Of a stretch of DNA of 64,000 nucleotides, positions 53,754 through 64,000 are shown piece by piece. A program made the position numbers and the translations under genes. The DNA lies in the NCBI GenBank assembly GCA_963924565.1, contig OZ004609.1:24614001-24678000 (forward strand). The letters are read 5' to 3'. The DNA comes from Ascidiella aspersa. Its lineage: Eukaryota. The stretch's first letter is position 1, and each line of letters starts with the position of its first letter. Under the pieces are notes generated by a model. It saw nothing but the letters and a program-made list of their open reading frames with translations. It had not been told where the DNA came from and ran no database searches.

Positions 53754-53978
53754 TTATCTTCAGTAGAAAGAGAGTGGCCCAAATAATAGATAAAAGATTC
53801 ATTCTTTTATTAGCAAACGTTTCGGCAATTTCTTTTGCCATCATCAGTGCAGTAAGTGAGTGCAGTAAGTGGTAAGTTACTGCACTGATGATGGCAAAAG
53901 AAATTGCCGAAACGTTTGCTAATAAAAGAATGAATCTTTTATCTATTATTTGGGCCACTCTCTTTCTACTGAAGATAA
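53754..53978. repeat. Perfect inverted repeat (102-bp arms, 21-nt spacer), each arm carrying a hammerhead motif
   Basis: 53754-53855 is the reverse complement of 53877-53978. Confidence 0.95.
53877..53922 (+). ncRNA. Minimal type I hammerhead-like motif (mirror copy on the minus strand at 53810-53855)
   Basis: GCA-CTGATGA(T)-GGCAA-aagaaa-TTGCC-GAAA-CG-TT-TGC: intact core and stem II, ACGT stem III, GUU triplet, short stem I. Confidence 0.65.
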
Positions 53979-54873
53979 TCAACAGATCCGTGTTTAGTGT
54001 TCCTATGTAATAAAACTACTTTGAGAAAACGCGATAAATTTTATAGTTAATCTATCTTAGTGTTTGTTAACCATTTGGGGCACACCTGGCGAGCGAAGCG
54101 GGCGCGATTTTTTTGGTATTCCGGTATTTCTTTTAAATTTCTTGTTTTTGTTACATTTAAAAAAAATGGTTAAAAAATATTTTTCGATTATGTTTGAATA
54201 CGTTTTTCGTTTGTCCGCGACGCACTTGGCAGCTTTCCACGGCGCAACAGTAAAGAAGCGCTGATCTAGTTCAAAAAGAGCATCAAAACGTAAACACACT
54301 GGATGTATAAAGACCATTAGCGCGAAGCGCGAAAATTTTTCGCATTTACACACTTAAAATAGTCAAAAAGTATTTAAAATGGACTCGTGTCTAATTTGTC
54401 AAAGAGGCGGCGGGCCGGATGAAGTATATTGGCAGGCTGGTTATGATACAGATTTGATTAACAACAAAAAATATTTTAATTGTGCTTGGATATAAGTTAG
54501 TTATTATATAGTCGAGGTCAGCGTACGGTCACTTAAGCCGTCTCTGCAAATTTGAAAAACGCCGCTTTGCGCGAGTGCGCGAAACGAATTTTACCATTTT
54601 TTTGAAATATTCATTATATGGCGCCATAAGCTCGCACACCACTACAAAGCTTAAAAATATGTCTTATTTTGGCAAAATATAGGCCATACTACCTAGGGAA
54701 CCGCGAAAATAAGCTGCCTATTGAGTAAAAAAATGCACATATTTTTTAGTTTGGGGGGGCCATGACCATATCGCCCCCCCCCCTAGATCCGCCCCTGACC
54801 TGAATGCACCCTATATATAAGAGAGTGAAGTAACGCGGATGGCCATCGTTCAGGCTTGAGTACTGCAAAAACA

Positions 54874-56411
54874 TTATTCGTAGCCTAAAATGTAAAAAGT
54901 CACTTTTTGTAAGCTGTTTAATCCGGCCACGGTTTCTTGACTGAGGTCAGAGAGGTCAGAGTTTTTTCTGCTTTAACCTTGAACGCGGCTCATCTGGCAG
55001 GTTGCGTTGCAAAAATTCGAGGAGCTTGTTCGAATCCCGCCCAAGGTCGTCAAATTCGATGACGTAGTCGTAATTGAAGGTACAGGGATTACAAAGCAGG
55101 ACCTGAGGACGCCAGTGAACGTCCGAGTACTCAGGGTTCTTGTTGTTCCACTTAATCGCAGATCTGGGAATATGAGGCAACACGAAAGTGTTTCCCAGAC
55201 TATTTTTTAATTTTATTGCGCAATATTTTGTTTATATATTTCACAATATTGTGTTTAGTCCGCTATTAATCATCTTTTTATGCGTTGTTTTATTTGTTGG
55301 TATAGTTGTTATTAACTTCTTACCTTGTTAATTGGTAAAGTTGTATTTCTCCACTATTTAAAATGTTCACGTATCGAAGAACCTCTTCTTGTTTCGATGG
55401 AGGCAAGGCATTGAATGTTGGATCTTTTAACCTAAAACGAAGTTGACGTAAAGCAAAACGAAGTTGACGTAACATCGAAAATTGCCACTTTGCCAAGAAA
55501 CGTCACCAGTTTCCCAAAGAGATCATGGCAAATTGGGCGCTACATCACAATTAGGTTAATTCAATTAAGTTTTAGTTATAAAACTTCTCTATGCGATGAA
55601 GTCATTTTTACTTCTTACTTAAGCCTTTACGGCTATACACAACATCATTTTGGTGTACGTAGTTACAGGAGATACTTTAACAATGTAGCCTACAGGCGCG
55701 GATCTAGGATTTTTGTTTGTCGGGGGGGGGGGGACATGAACTAGTTTTCAAAGATGACATCACAAAATTACGTCATAACGAGACATCACAAACTCACAGA
55801 ACACTACATAGTTTGATAATTTGTTAAATTTTTAGGTTGTAGGTGTTATTTTAAATGCAAAAGCTATATTACAAAGATGTTAACCCTTTTGTTGCCTGAA
55901 TTTGTTTCTATAAGGTAAAAGCAAAATTTTTGCCTCGTTACTCTGTTTTTTCCCTATACTTGAAAAAAACGTCATGTTTTTTATGTTTAGTTAAAATTTT
56001 TCTATGTTGCGATGAAATGCACGACGCCTTTGGGCTAAAACAAATTGATTAAAATACGTTAGGACATACTAGAGATGCAAATTCAATGTAGAAAAAAAAT
56101 TGTATATACGTATAAAATAGAAAAAATACAGCTTGGGGGGTGGAGGAGGCATAGTCACGCGCCAACCTGCATACACCCCTGGTAGCCTATACCCGGTTTT
56201 GTTGAATTCCACTCCGTGCATGTCATCTTTAGCTTGATTAAGAGCTATTTTTCGTCCTTCCTTCAACTTGTCATTGGCATCATTGTATGCCCTCTTGGTT
56301 AATTTGCTTTTATAAGCAAATAGGATTCTATGGTGGCGTTTAACGAAGACGGTCTATATACGTCGAGTCGAATACCTCACGACTCGTGGTATTGCATCCT
56401 TGCGATCCAAT
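54874..56411 (-). pseudogene. Carbohydrate sulfotransferase (CHST8-14 / Sulfotransfer_2 family) pseudogene
   Basis: Exons 56411-56193, 55431-55324, 55163-54874. DVHWRPQVLLCNPCTFNYDYVIEFDDL and terminal FYILGYE* match the family. The 3'-PSB motif is eroded (FVKRHHRILFAYKSK) and preceded by an in-frame TAG (56354-56356); premature TGA at 54956-54958. Confidence 0.75.
55693..56181. mobile_element. hAT-like MITE, same left terminus as 53010-54797
   Basis: Starts CAGGCGCGGATCTAGGATTT, ends CTGCATACACCCCTG; perfect 8-bp TSD GTAGCCTA. Confidence 0.85.
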
Positions 56412-59294
56412 CTAAAATGAAACTAAATGATTCTGCGGCTCAATCACATTGGTTATTACGGATCCTTTCAGTTGTTGATTTTGTCAAGACCTGGTGAAAA
56501 GAGAATTGCGAAACTATTAGTTACAGAAAAAATATCTTAAACCACATTCTATATATATTTTTTTGGGTTTAATTGGTCGCTTTTTGCAAAATGTCTGTCT
56601 ACCATAACTGCTAATGGTGTTCAAAGATAATGTGTGACGATGACGTTTTTGTTAAATCAACCACAATGACTAAAATCAAATAAGAAGCATGAAAAGTGCA
56701 TCTATAGCCTGCTTTTTCAAATATTTAATATATAATGGTAGACCTGTGTACTGTTTTTCACCATTATAACCCATAGAACCATTGTATTACAGATTTTTCA
56801 ATGTTATAAAAGTATTGTTTTGCCCCTCCAGCTTTTAGTTAGCTACGAAATATTCTTTCCTAGTTTACCACAAAAGAAAGACAAACGTTTGTAAAAATAT
56901 GCGAGACGCGTTCAAATCGCTGTAAATGAATTTTGAACGCATCTCGCACATTTTTATCTCCTTTTTTCTTAGTGTGATTTTACTTTGCGTCTTGTTGGCT
57001 TTGTGTGTCAGTCCCTGGCGAAGGCTTGCCGGATAGTAAGCCGAAACGTTTGTAGAAAATAATATATATTGCCAGAGGAACCTGTTTTAAATATACTATG
57101 CCTGGTAGCAACAGCATATTTAAAGGTTTTATTCTACTGCCCCCCCAGTTTTTGATCATCAACTGCCAAATGTGTAAAAGAGCTTGTAACAGTAACCACT
57201 GTTCATAGTTTTTTCCCCTTCAATCGAGAAAAGTATTAACTCGACGATAACAGCCTACGAATGGGGAACAGCCTACGAATGTCTTATTTTACAATTGCAG
57301 TCCAACATTAATTAAATCTTTAAATGAACTGTGGCATGACAAAACAGGATGTGTATATTTCAAGAAGGGCGAAACCGACCACCTTACAATCCGATCACAT
57401 TAAATCAGAACAACAAACCGAATGGACAACACTGACTGCTTCTTTTAATTGCATTGCTTTAGATTTCCGGTTCTTTGGAACGTTGCACAAAACACAATTA
57501 TTTCAAATAGTACCAAGTTTAAATAGCACGCTTAAATTTGGACTACAGGCAGGATAGTCTTTCCTAGACATATATTCGTTTTAGTGGTGTTACAAAGATA
57601 TACCAAAAGACACCTGGCATGCACAACGCAATGCGTATAACACTTTGCCAACGTCCGATATTAGCAGTCGCGAGACATCCAGCATTATATTAAATTACCG
57701 CACGTCATCATGACGTATGTCAATGCATTCTTCCCTGTAATAAAATTTCGTGGAGCGCAAATGGTAATTTTGTTGAGCACCAAGATTAAATTGCAAGATA
57801 TTTTCATAAACAAATTTTGTGGTTTAGTAGAACTGGCATAAACTTTACCGAAACGAAAGTACATGTACAGTTTTTGTACACCTAAATGGTACAGTGCTTT
57901 TCCTTTCATATTTTCGTTCTGTCGATTAGTGACAAGGCAAAAGAGCCTAGGTTGCAAATTTAACTCTAGGAAAATGTGGACTGTTATTCTAAATGTTCAA
58001 TGAAAAGCGCTTCTTGATATGTTTCACTAAACGGCTTTTTCCTCCATGTTGAACAAGTGCGTGGATTTAGCAAGTCAATTGTAACAAGGGTTTGCTTTGT
58101 GTTTACATTTCACTTTGTAAAATAGGGAAGCTTGCACACACATTCGCCATTTTATGCAGTTTAATTTTATCTGAAAACCGATATGTCTTTAGTTGAGTTG
58201 AACGGCAAAGCAATACATCTTCGTTGGAATTCCGTCGACTTTATAACCCATGTGATTTTGACTAGACTAAATTTTGTTTAAAAGTTGCGGAAGAGATTCA
58301 GGCTGTAAAATGTGAGCGTAATCGAAGGTCAATAGTTAAGCTGCTTGAAAAACAGTTGCCTAACTATTTGTATCAAATTAGGCCCACAGTCGACCAACAC
58401 AAACCAACAGTCCGTAGCAACGGGGTACGCCTTGGAGAGAGATCGTGTTGCCTCTAATTGTTAGCGTACACAAACAGTTACCTATTCAATGATTGAACAC
58501 AATTAAAAGTCATTCCATCCCTTTGATGATCGGAATTTCGTTGGCTAGCCATCTCTCGATAGTAGTGTAACGATAAGAAGTGATCTTATCTTGGTGCGAA
58601 ATAGGTTTGAGAATATATTCGGAGTGCCACATATTAAAAAATTAAACATATGGAGAGTGTTAAGATTAGTCGAAATTGATCATGAAAGGGTATTTTTACA
58701 AAAATTCAAGTGAGTTTCGCAAGTTGTACACACTCTTTGTCAAAAATATTTCCTACAGTGTTTCCTTACGTTTCGTTCGAGTGTTGATGGAATGTCAAAA
58801 TGTTCTGAAAGCTCTTTAGACAAAAGTGCCCGAGTTGTTGAAGTATGGCATGGAACGCATGTCACATAAGTATCCATTGTTTGATATTCATTAGCGAATT
58901 TACTCAAGTCGACACTATCAGGCCAAGTTTTGAAATGTCAATACCTTTTACGAAAGTGTAAAGCTTAAAAGCTTTAAGCGGTTGGCACGAAGCGTATTGG
59001 AACACAAACTTAAAAATGGCGAAAGTTTTAAAATTAGTCGTTTACTTGCCCAATGAAGCATCTACCAAAATATTAGTTTTTGAAAGTTTAGGGAAGTGCT
59101 AGCATACAAACCTGTGCACAACAAGGTAGCAGAATCAAATTTAACGCAAGCTCTATTTGTCTTTCAAATAGTTTTTGCAAAGGTGTTTTAGATTAAGAAG
59201 CATAGCAATAAACCACGTTGATTTACTTCTAAGAAACGGCCGTGCGGCGGTATTTCTGTTAGCGTTGAAATCCGCTGAAACAAAAATCGCAAAA

Positions 59295-62200
59295 ATGTCG
59301 TCGGCACCTAAGAAAGTAAATGGAAGTAAAAGCACGTCGGGTGAGAACACCAACGAGGGTAGCCCGCATTTCCCGAAGGAACGTCCGACGGAGGACTTTG
59401 GCTCTTTTTCCTCGGCAATCATCCCCTCTTCCAAGGATGTGTTTCGAGGCCAGGTGCTGGTCAACCGGCTGCTGGTCTACTACAGCAAGTTCGCCGGATC
59501 GCGCGAAAAGGCGACACGCTACGCGCAAAAGCTGCTCGACCTCGGCCACATCGAGAGCCTGACTCTAGGTCGGACCTTTGAAGATTCGGCGCACGTCTAC
59601 CGCTGGACCGACGTCGCTCAGGTCATGAACCAATCCAAAATCAAGGGTGAGGGAACGGTCGGAGAAAGCCCGGAGGAGGACAAGGTCAGGCGTCCTCTGC
59701 CTCGCACTTCACCGAGCAGGAGGACTGACCAGGAGAAGGGGAAGGCGATCTTTAAGATTTCCATCGAAACCGACAACTGCGACGGCGCCGAGATACAGGT
59801 GACTCATGTGCGAAGCAAAACTATGACATCCTTAGGAATTTAGAGTAAGGCCAAAAAACTGAATTCTAGAATCCAGTGCTTCCAAACGTGTGGGTCGCGA
59901 CCCATTGGTGTGTCGCGAAGCTATTTCAGGTGGGTCGCGAAGCATTTCTAACTGTTAATTTTTTCTATTAGATGGGGAAATTATTGCATCATCATTCCGA
60001 TACATTTACGCAACACTATCACAACTACTTATAACAATTAGATGTGTTGTGTGATATTAACTATTTCAGTACGTGCGCCAGTAGTAAAGATGCAGGTTTT
60101 ATGTAGTTTTATTCGTTAGGTCACATCTTATTGTGGGTCGCGCAATAAAAGTTGCATTAAAAGTGGGTCGCGAACTGAAAAAGGTTGGGAAGCACAGCTT
60201 TAATCAAAGTTAAATGCCAAAAGCTTGTTTCATATTGCCTTAACAACAATAGTTGACTTACTGTGAAACGCCATAGTTTTTTTAGAAGCAACTTAATAGA
60301 AAACTTGGTTGCTGTTTTAGGCCTAATTCGGAGAGAAACGATCAAAATCAGATTATGATTTATTTTACTTTTAATAATTAAGTATAATCTCTCTTAAAAA
60401 TATGTTATTCGGATCGTATTTGTTGAAAAAACTATTTTTTTTTATATTTTGTATTTAAAAAAATTCTCAGTATAGTTTAGATATTATTTATACCTGAAAA
60501 TAGAACTATATTAAAGTGAAAAGTGTAATGGTAATGAATAAAAAAGTGCAAACCTTAATACATACAGTACGCCTTAAAAAAAGGTATCATTTTATCCAGG
60601 GCCAATACACTGTTTTAATTGAGGCAAATTAGTTGATAATTTGCAGTGAAAACAAAAACTAAATACGCTAGTTGGTTAAAAAACCAATCGTGCTTTTGAT
60701 TCGCAGGCTCGAATTCGAGCGCAGCCTCGTTCGGGAAAAGAAGGAATAACACACGAAACTTTGCTGGCGACCAAATCTGCGACCGCGGTAACGGAAGACT
60801 CGTTTTTTGGTCAAGGTGTCGCCAAAGCTCTGAGCTACGTCAGTGAACCGACCGCCAACGAAATGTAAGGCCGATTTTAAATTTAATTAATCAAAGAGTT
60901 TCCAAACATTATAAATTAAAGTGGAAATGCTACGACATTCAAGGCTGCCGCAAAAAAATGATTAATTAGTTTGTTAGCAACGTTAGATGCTGAAAACAGT
61001 AATGTGTTAACCGGCGATGAAAAGTTTAACAATGGAGAGAATTATTTGGTACAATTATTTAAAAAAAGACAGTTATCTTCTAACTATAAAACCAAATTGA
61101 GCTAACACAAAGAGTTGTCTTGTGCGTTTATGAAGTCTGTGGGTCATAATATGTGGTATACGTATTATAACTTAATGCAGAGGCTTGCAGCGCTTCGTAA
61201 CATTCTGATATGAGTAAGTTTTAACCTCGCGTCGACCAGTTTGTTCACAAAAGACTGATAAAGCGCTTATATTATATTGATTAGCGTTATTTCAATAATA
61301 ATGTCAATGAACGATTTTAAAGTATAGTGTATAATTTTGTGTCTTGTGTAATGTTAGCCCGAGATCCACAAGCCCTATTATAACTGAACTTTCGCCGAGT
61401 CCCGTTCCAAGAAACAAACCAGAGGAAAAAAGCCCGGACCAGGTGCCCCAGAACAAGAACTCAACAAAACCGCACAACACATCAGATAAAAACAAGACGT
61501 CATCTGTCAATCAGAAAAAGAGCGAAACTACTTCGAGCGCCAATACAACTCCTTCCAAGCGAAAAGCTTCACAGGGGGAGCCGGCGATTCGAAAATCGCT
61601 CTTCGGCGACAGCGCTGCGAAGCCAACTCAACGGACACGAAAAGAAGAAGCTAGGGCAAAGCCGTCCCCGGTGAAAAGCGCAACAGAGCCGGCACTTGTC
61701 GTTCCCGCGAAAGCCGCACCTGGCCCAGCTGCGAGAGACTGTAACCGCTTGAATAAGAACAAGTGCGTCACGACGAAGAACTGCAAGGAGACTTCGCTCG
61801 ACTCGAAAAAAGGCGACGAGCAGCGCTCGCTGGAAGCAGCGACGGTCCCAAGCGACAAAGGACGAGTGTCGTCGCGCGCCGAGCACAATGGAGACGGGGC
61901 GGACGGCGACAATGCGACAAAGCCAGGTTGTGACAGGAAGCCTCATCTCATGGCCAGCACACAAACGTCAGAGAAGAGCATCTTGAGGGCCTCGAAGCTC
62001 TACAGTCCGCGAGGCGGCAACGCAATCGGCCTCGACGATCGGTGAGCACTTGGTAGAAAGAACAGACATTGGGGTTAGCGTGGTTATGACGCACGCTTGC
62101 TTTTGCGCCGCGACTCCTTTGTGCACTTTTAAGTGCATTTAGACGCTAAACAAAGCCTGGTATAGTGGTATAAGCCTCTGAAAATTATTACCGTTAAAAA

Positions 62201-63136
62201 GTGAGTTCTCGCTTTGCAACCCGCGCGACAAAGTATTGATCGATTTGTTTAGGGCACAATTATTTTACCTTTTTACCACTACAAAAATATGCGACACGCT
62301 TAACTTGACAAAACGCGCTTAATTAACGATAAAGCCATCGTTGGATACCTTATTATTATCAGTTGTCCTATCGGCAGTGTGCATTCAAGACTCGCATGCA
62401 ATGTTTATTTATAATACAACTAGTTTAACTTCCAAAGTTACAAAAAATCCGGCACACTTGAGAATCTCACAAGGTATCAAAATTCTCTGTGGGTTATGGT
62501 AATGAATTTCCATAATTGGTCACAAAGTAACGAAGAAAATGTTAATTATTGATTAATAGAGTCGACCCATCTTCGCGTGATGCCTCGGTCCTTTCGAACG
62601 GAAACGACTCACAAAAAGTGGTTGAACAAAAGAAGAAAACGAGATTTGCAGACGAAGAACAGGGTAAAATTTATAGTTTATCTTGTTGCATTTAAATGCT
62701 TTGTTCGCTTTAATTTGCTCGATGGCGAGAAAACGTGAATAACTTTGGACAACCTTACCATCAATAAATATAAATGACCTTTACATAACCAAGCCATTAA
62801 AATGTAAATTAGATTAGCAGTATCAATCTAGCAAAATGTAGCGTACATTACCTTCACTGAATCAAACAATCCAAAAAATAAATTACCTTTAATATAATCG
62901 AATTTTTGGAAGCAGGAACTGGTTTAGGCTATAGACCAAATGCTCACGTTTCCATGGAAACACCTGACAAACGCTTGACCTTAATGCGACTGTCATCGAA
63001 CTGTTTTACAGTGCTGACGAACGGCGAAGTGCAACGAAACCCGTCGTGTCTGACCAACGAAAGCACCGAAATGTCGCTTCACTCGTCCGGAATTGCCGAG
63101 GATTCGAACGTAGAGGCGTTGTCGCTACATATACCG
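59295..63136 (+). CDS. N-terminal DEP-domain protein followed by a long disordered region; 3' end not seen
   Basis: Phase-consistent GT-AG exons 59295-59798, 60707-60864, 61358-62041, 62560-62663, 63012-63136. FRGQVLVNRL...SREKATRYAQKLLDLGHIESL...FEDSAHVYRW fits the DEP-domain pattern. Confidence 0.8.
59874..60197. mobile_element. hAT-type MITE
   Basis: Termini CAGTGCTTCC / GGAAGCACAG, internal GTGGGTCGCG repeats, similar 8-bp flanks CTAGAATC / CTTTAATC. Confidence 0.8.
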
Positions 63137-63619
63137 GTACGTATATAAAGCTAACACGACAACAGTACACGTTTTAACATGCGGACTTTAGCCACGCATT
63201 ACACTTCATGTGTCTCTGATTAATGTGCTTACCACCAATGCCGTTCTTGTATCTGTGTCGAATCACCTGATCAGAGTTTTTTTTATAATATATACCAAAC
63301 GGAATGCTGATAATATAGGCCTACTAGCAAGAGCAGCTCTTCTCAATCAGACATTGGGATGTGAAGGCTTTTTTTGTCTGCGAACTTCTGACTGTATTTG
63401 CGCTAAATTTGGTTTCGGAAAATACAAGCTTCCGTTTAAAATAAACAATTTAATTTGTTTTATGTGATAAAGTAATAATTAATTACGGTATGACACCCAT
63501 TTTGCCGAATTTGAGCTGCCAGAAGAAACATGTACCAGTTCAGGATTAGTATTGAATGGCATTTGATATTTGTATACCTAAATTTTTTTTTAACAAAAGT
63601 TAGTTGCAAGGTACTAAAA

Positions 63620-63740
63620 TGTTATTATAAGTGGGCCGCGACGTAAAAACGGTTGAGAAGAAATGACCTAGAGCAGTGCTCTTCAACCTTTTTTGGTTTG
63701 GTTATCCCTTAAAGTTTTTGTGACAAACTCATGCGCCCTG
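63620..63740. mobile_element. Adjacent ends of two hAT-type MITEs
   Basis: Right-end-like AAAAACGGTTGAGAAGAAATG, an 8-bp spacer ACCTAGAG, then left-end-like CAGTGCTCTTCAACCTTTTT. Outer boundaries not determined. Confidence 0.5.
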
Positions 63741-64000
63741 TTTACTTAAAAGGTAAATTGAGGTAAAAGGCGATCTGAAAAATCATTATGCTTATTAATA
63801 TCATCATGTAGGCCTATTTAAACCGAGCGGAACTGCCGAAGTTTTAAACACTGTCGGTGAGAGTTCGATTATGGCTGCAGGCTGCTTAAGAGTACTATTG
63901 CATGTCATAAAACAGCATTCAGTGTTAAATATTATTATTTCATTAAAAGTTTGTGACGCATCCTTGTATACTATTTCGTACTGGTGCACCCCATGCATAT

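Larger units (their letters stand above)
53010..54797. mobile_element. Non-autonomous hAT-like element (1788 bp) with nested insertions
   Basis: TIR CAGGCGCGGATCTAG / CTAGATCCGCCCCTG; perfect 8-bp TSD ACCTGAAT (53002-53009, 54798-54805); internal GCGCGAAGCGCG motifs; probable nested element ~53534-54439. Confidence 0.9.

Noticed and set aside
53635-53982. 115-aa ORF with internal symmetry
   Set aside because: By-product of the DNA palindrome.
63014-63045. CTGACGA...GAAAC hammerhead-like words
   Set aside because: No convincing stems, and the sequence lies in a phase-consistent coding exon.

Overview
Eukaryotic, intron-rich animal genomic DNA; a tunicate-like invertebrate chordate is my inference and is not proven. 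Genes from left to right: (1) a very large, mostly low-complexity/disordered protein gene on the minus strand (7 phase-consistent coding exons, 18277 to 533, continuing off the left edge); (2) a complete 18-exon ZW10 kinetochore/NRZ gene (minus, 51342 to 30696, 778 aa); (3) an intronless ATOX1 copper chaperone directly upstream of ZW10 on the same strand; (4) a decayed carbohydrate-sulfotransferase pseudogene; (5) the 5' part of a DEP-domain gene on the plus strand. Most striking: eight full-length 5S rRNA genes plus two relics lie inside four ZW10 introns, all in host-gene orientation and each keeping a -30 TATA-like upstream element. The window also carries minimal type-I hammerhead ribozyme motifs of the Penelope-like/retrozyme kind: one in a 112-bp insert with a 12-bp target-site duplication, one decayed sister copy, and a pair forming a 102-bp-arm perfect palindrome nested inside two DNA transposons. 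Many hAT-type MITEs with 8-bp TSDs are present. All exon models, folds and family calls were made by eye; no searches were run.
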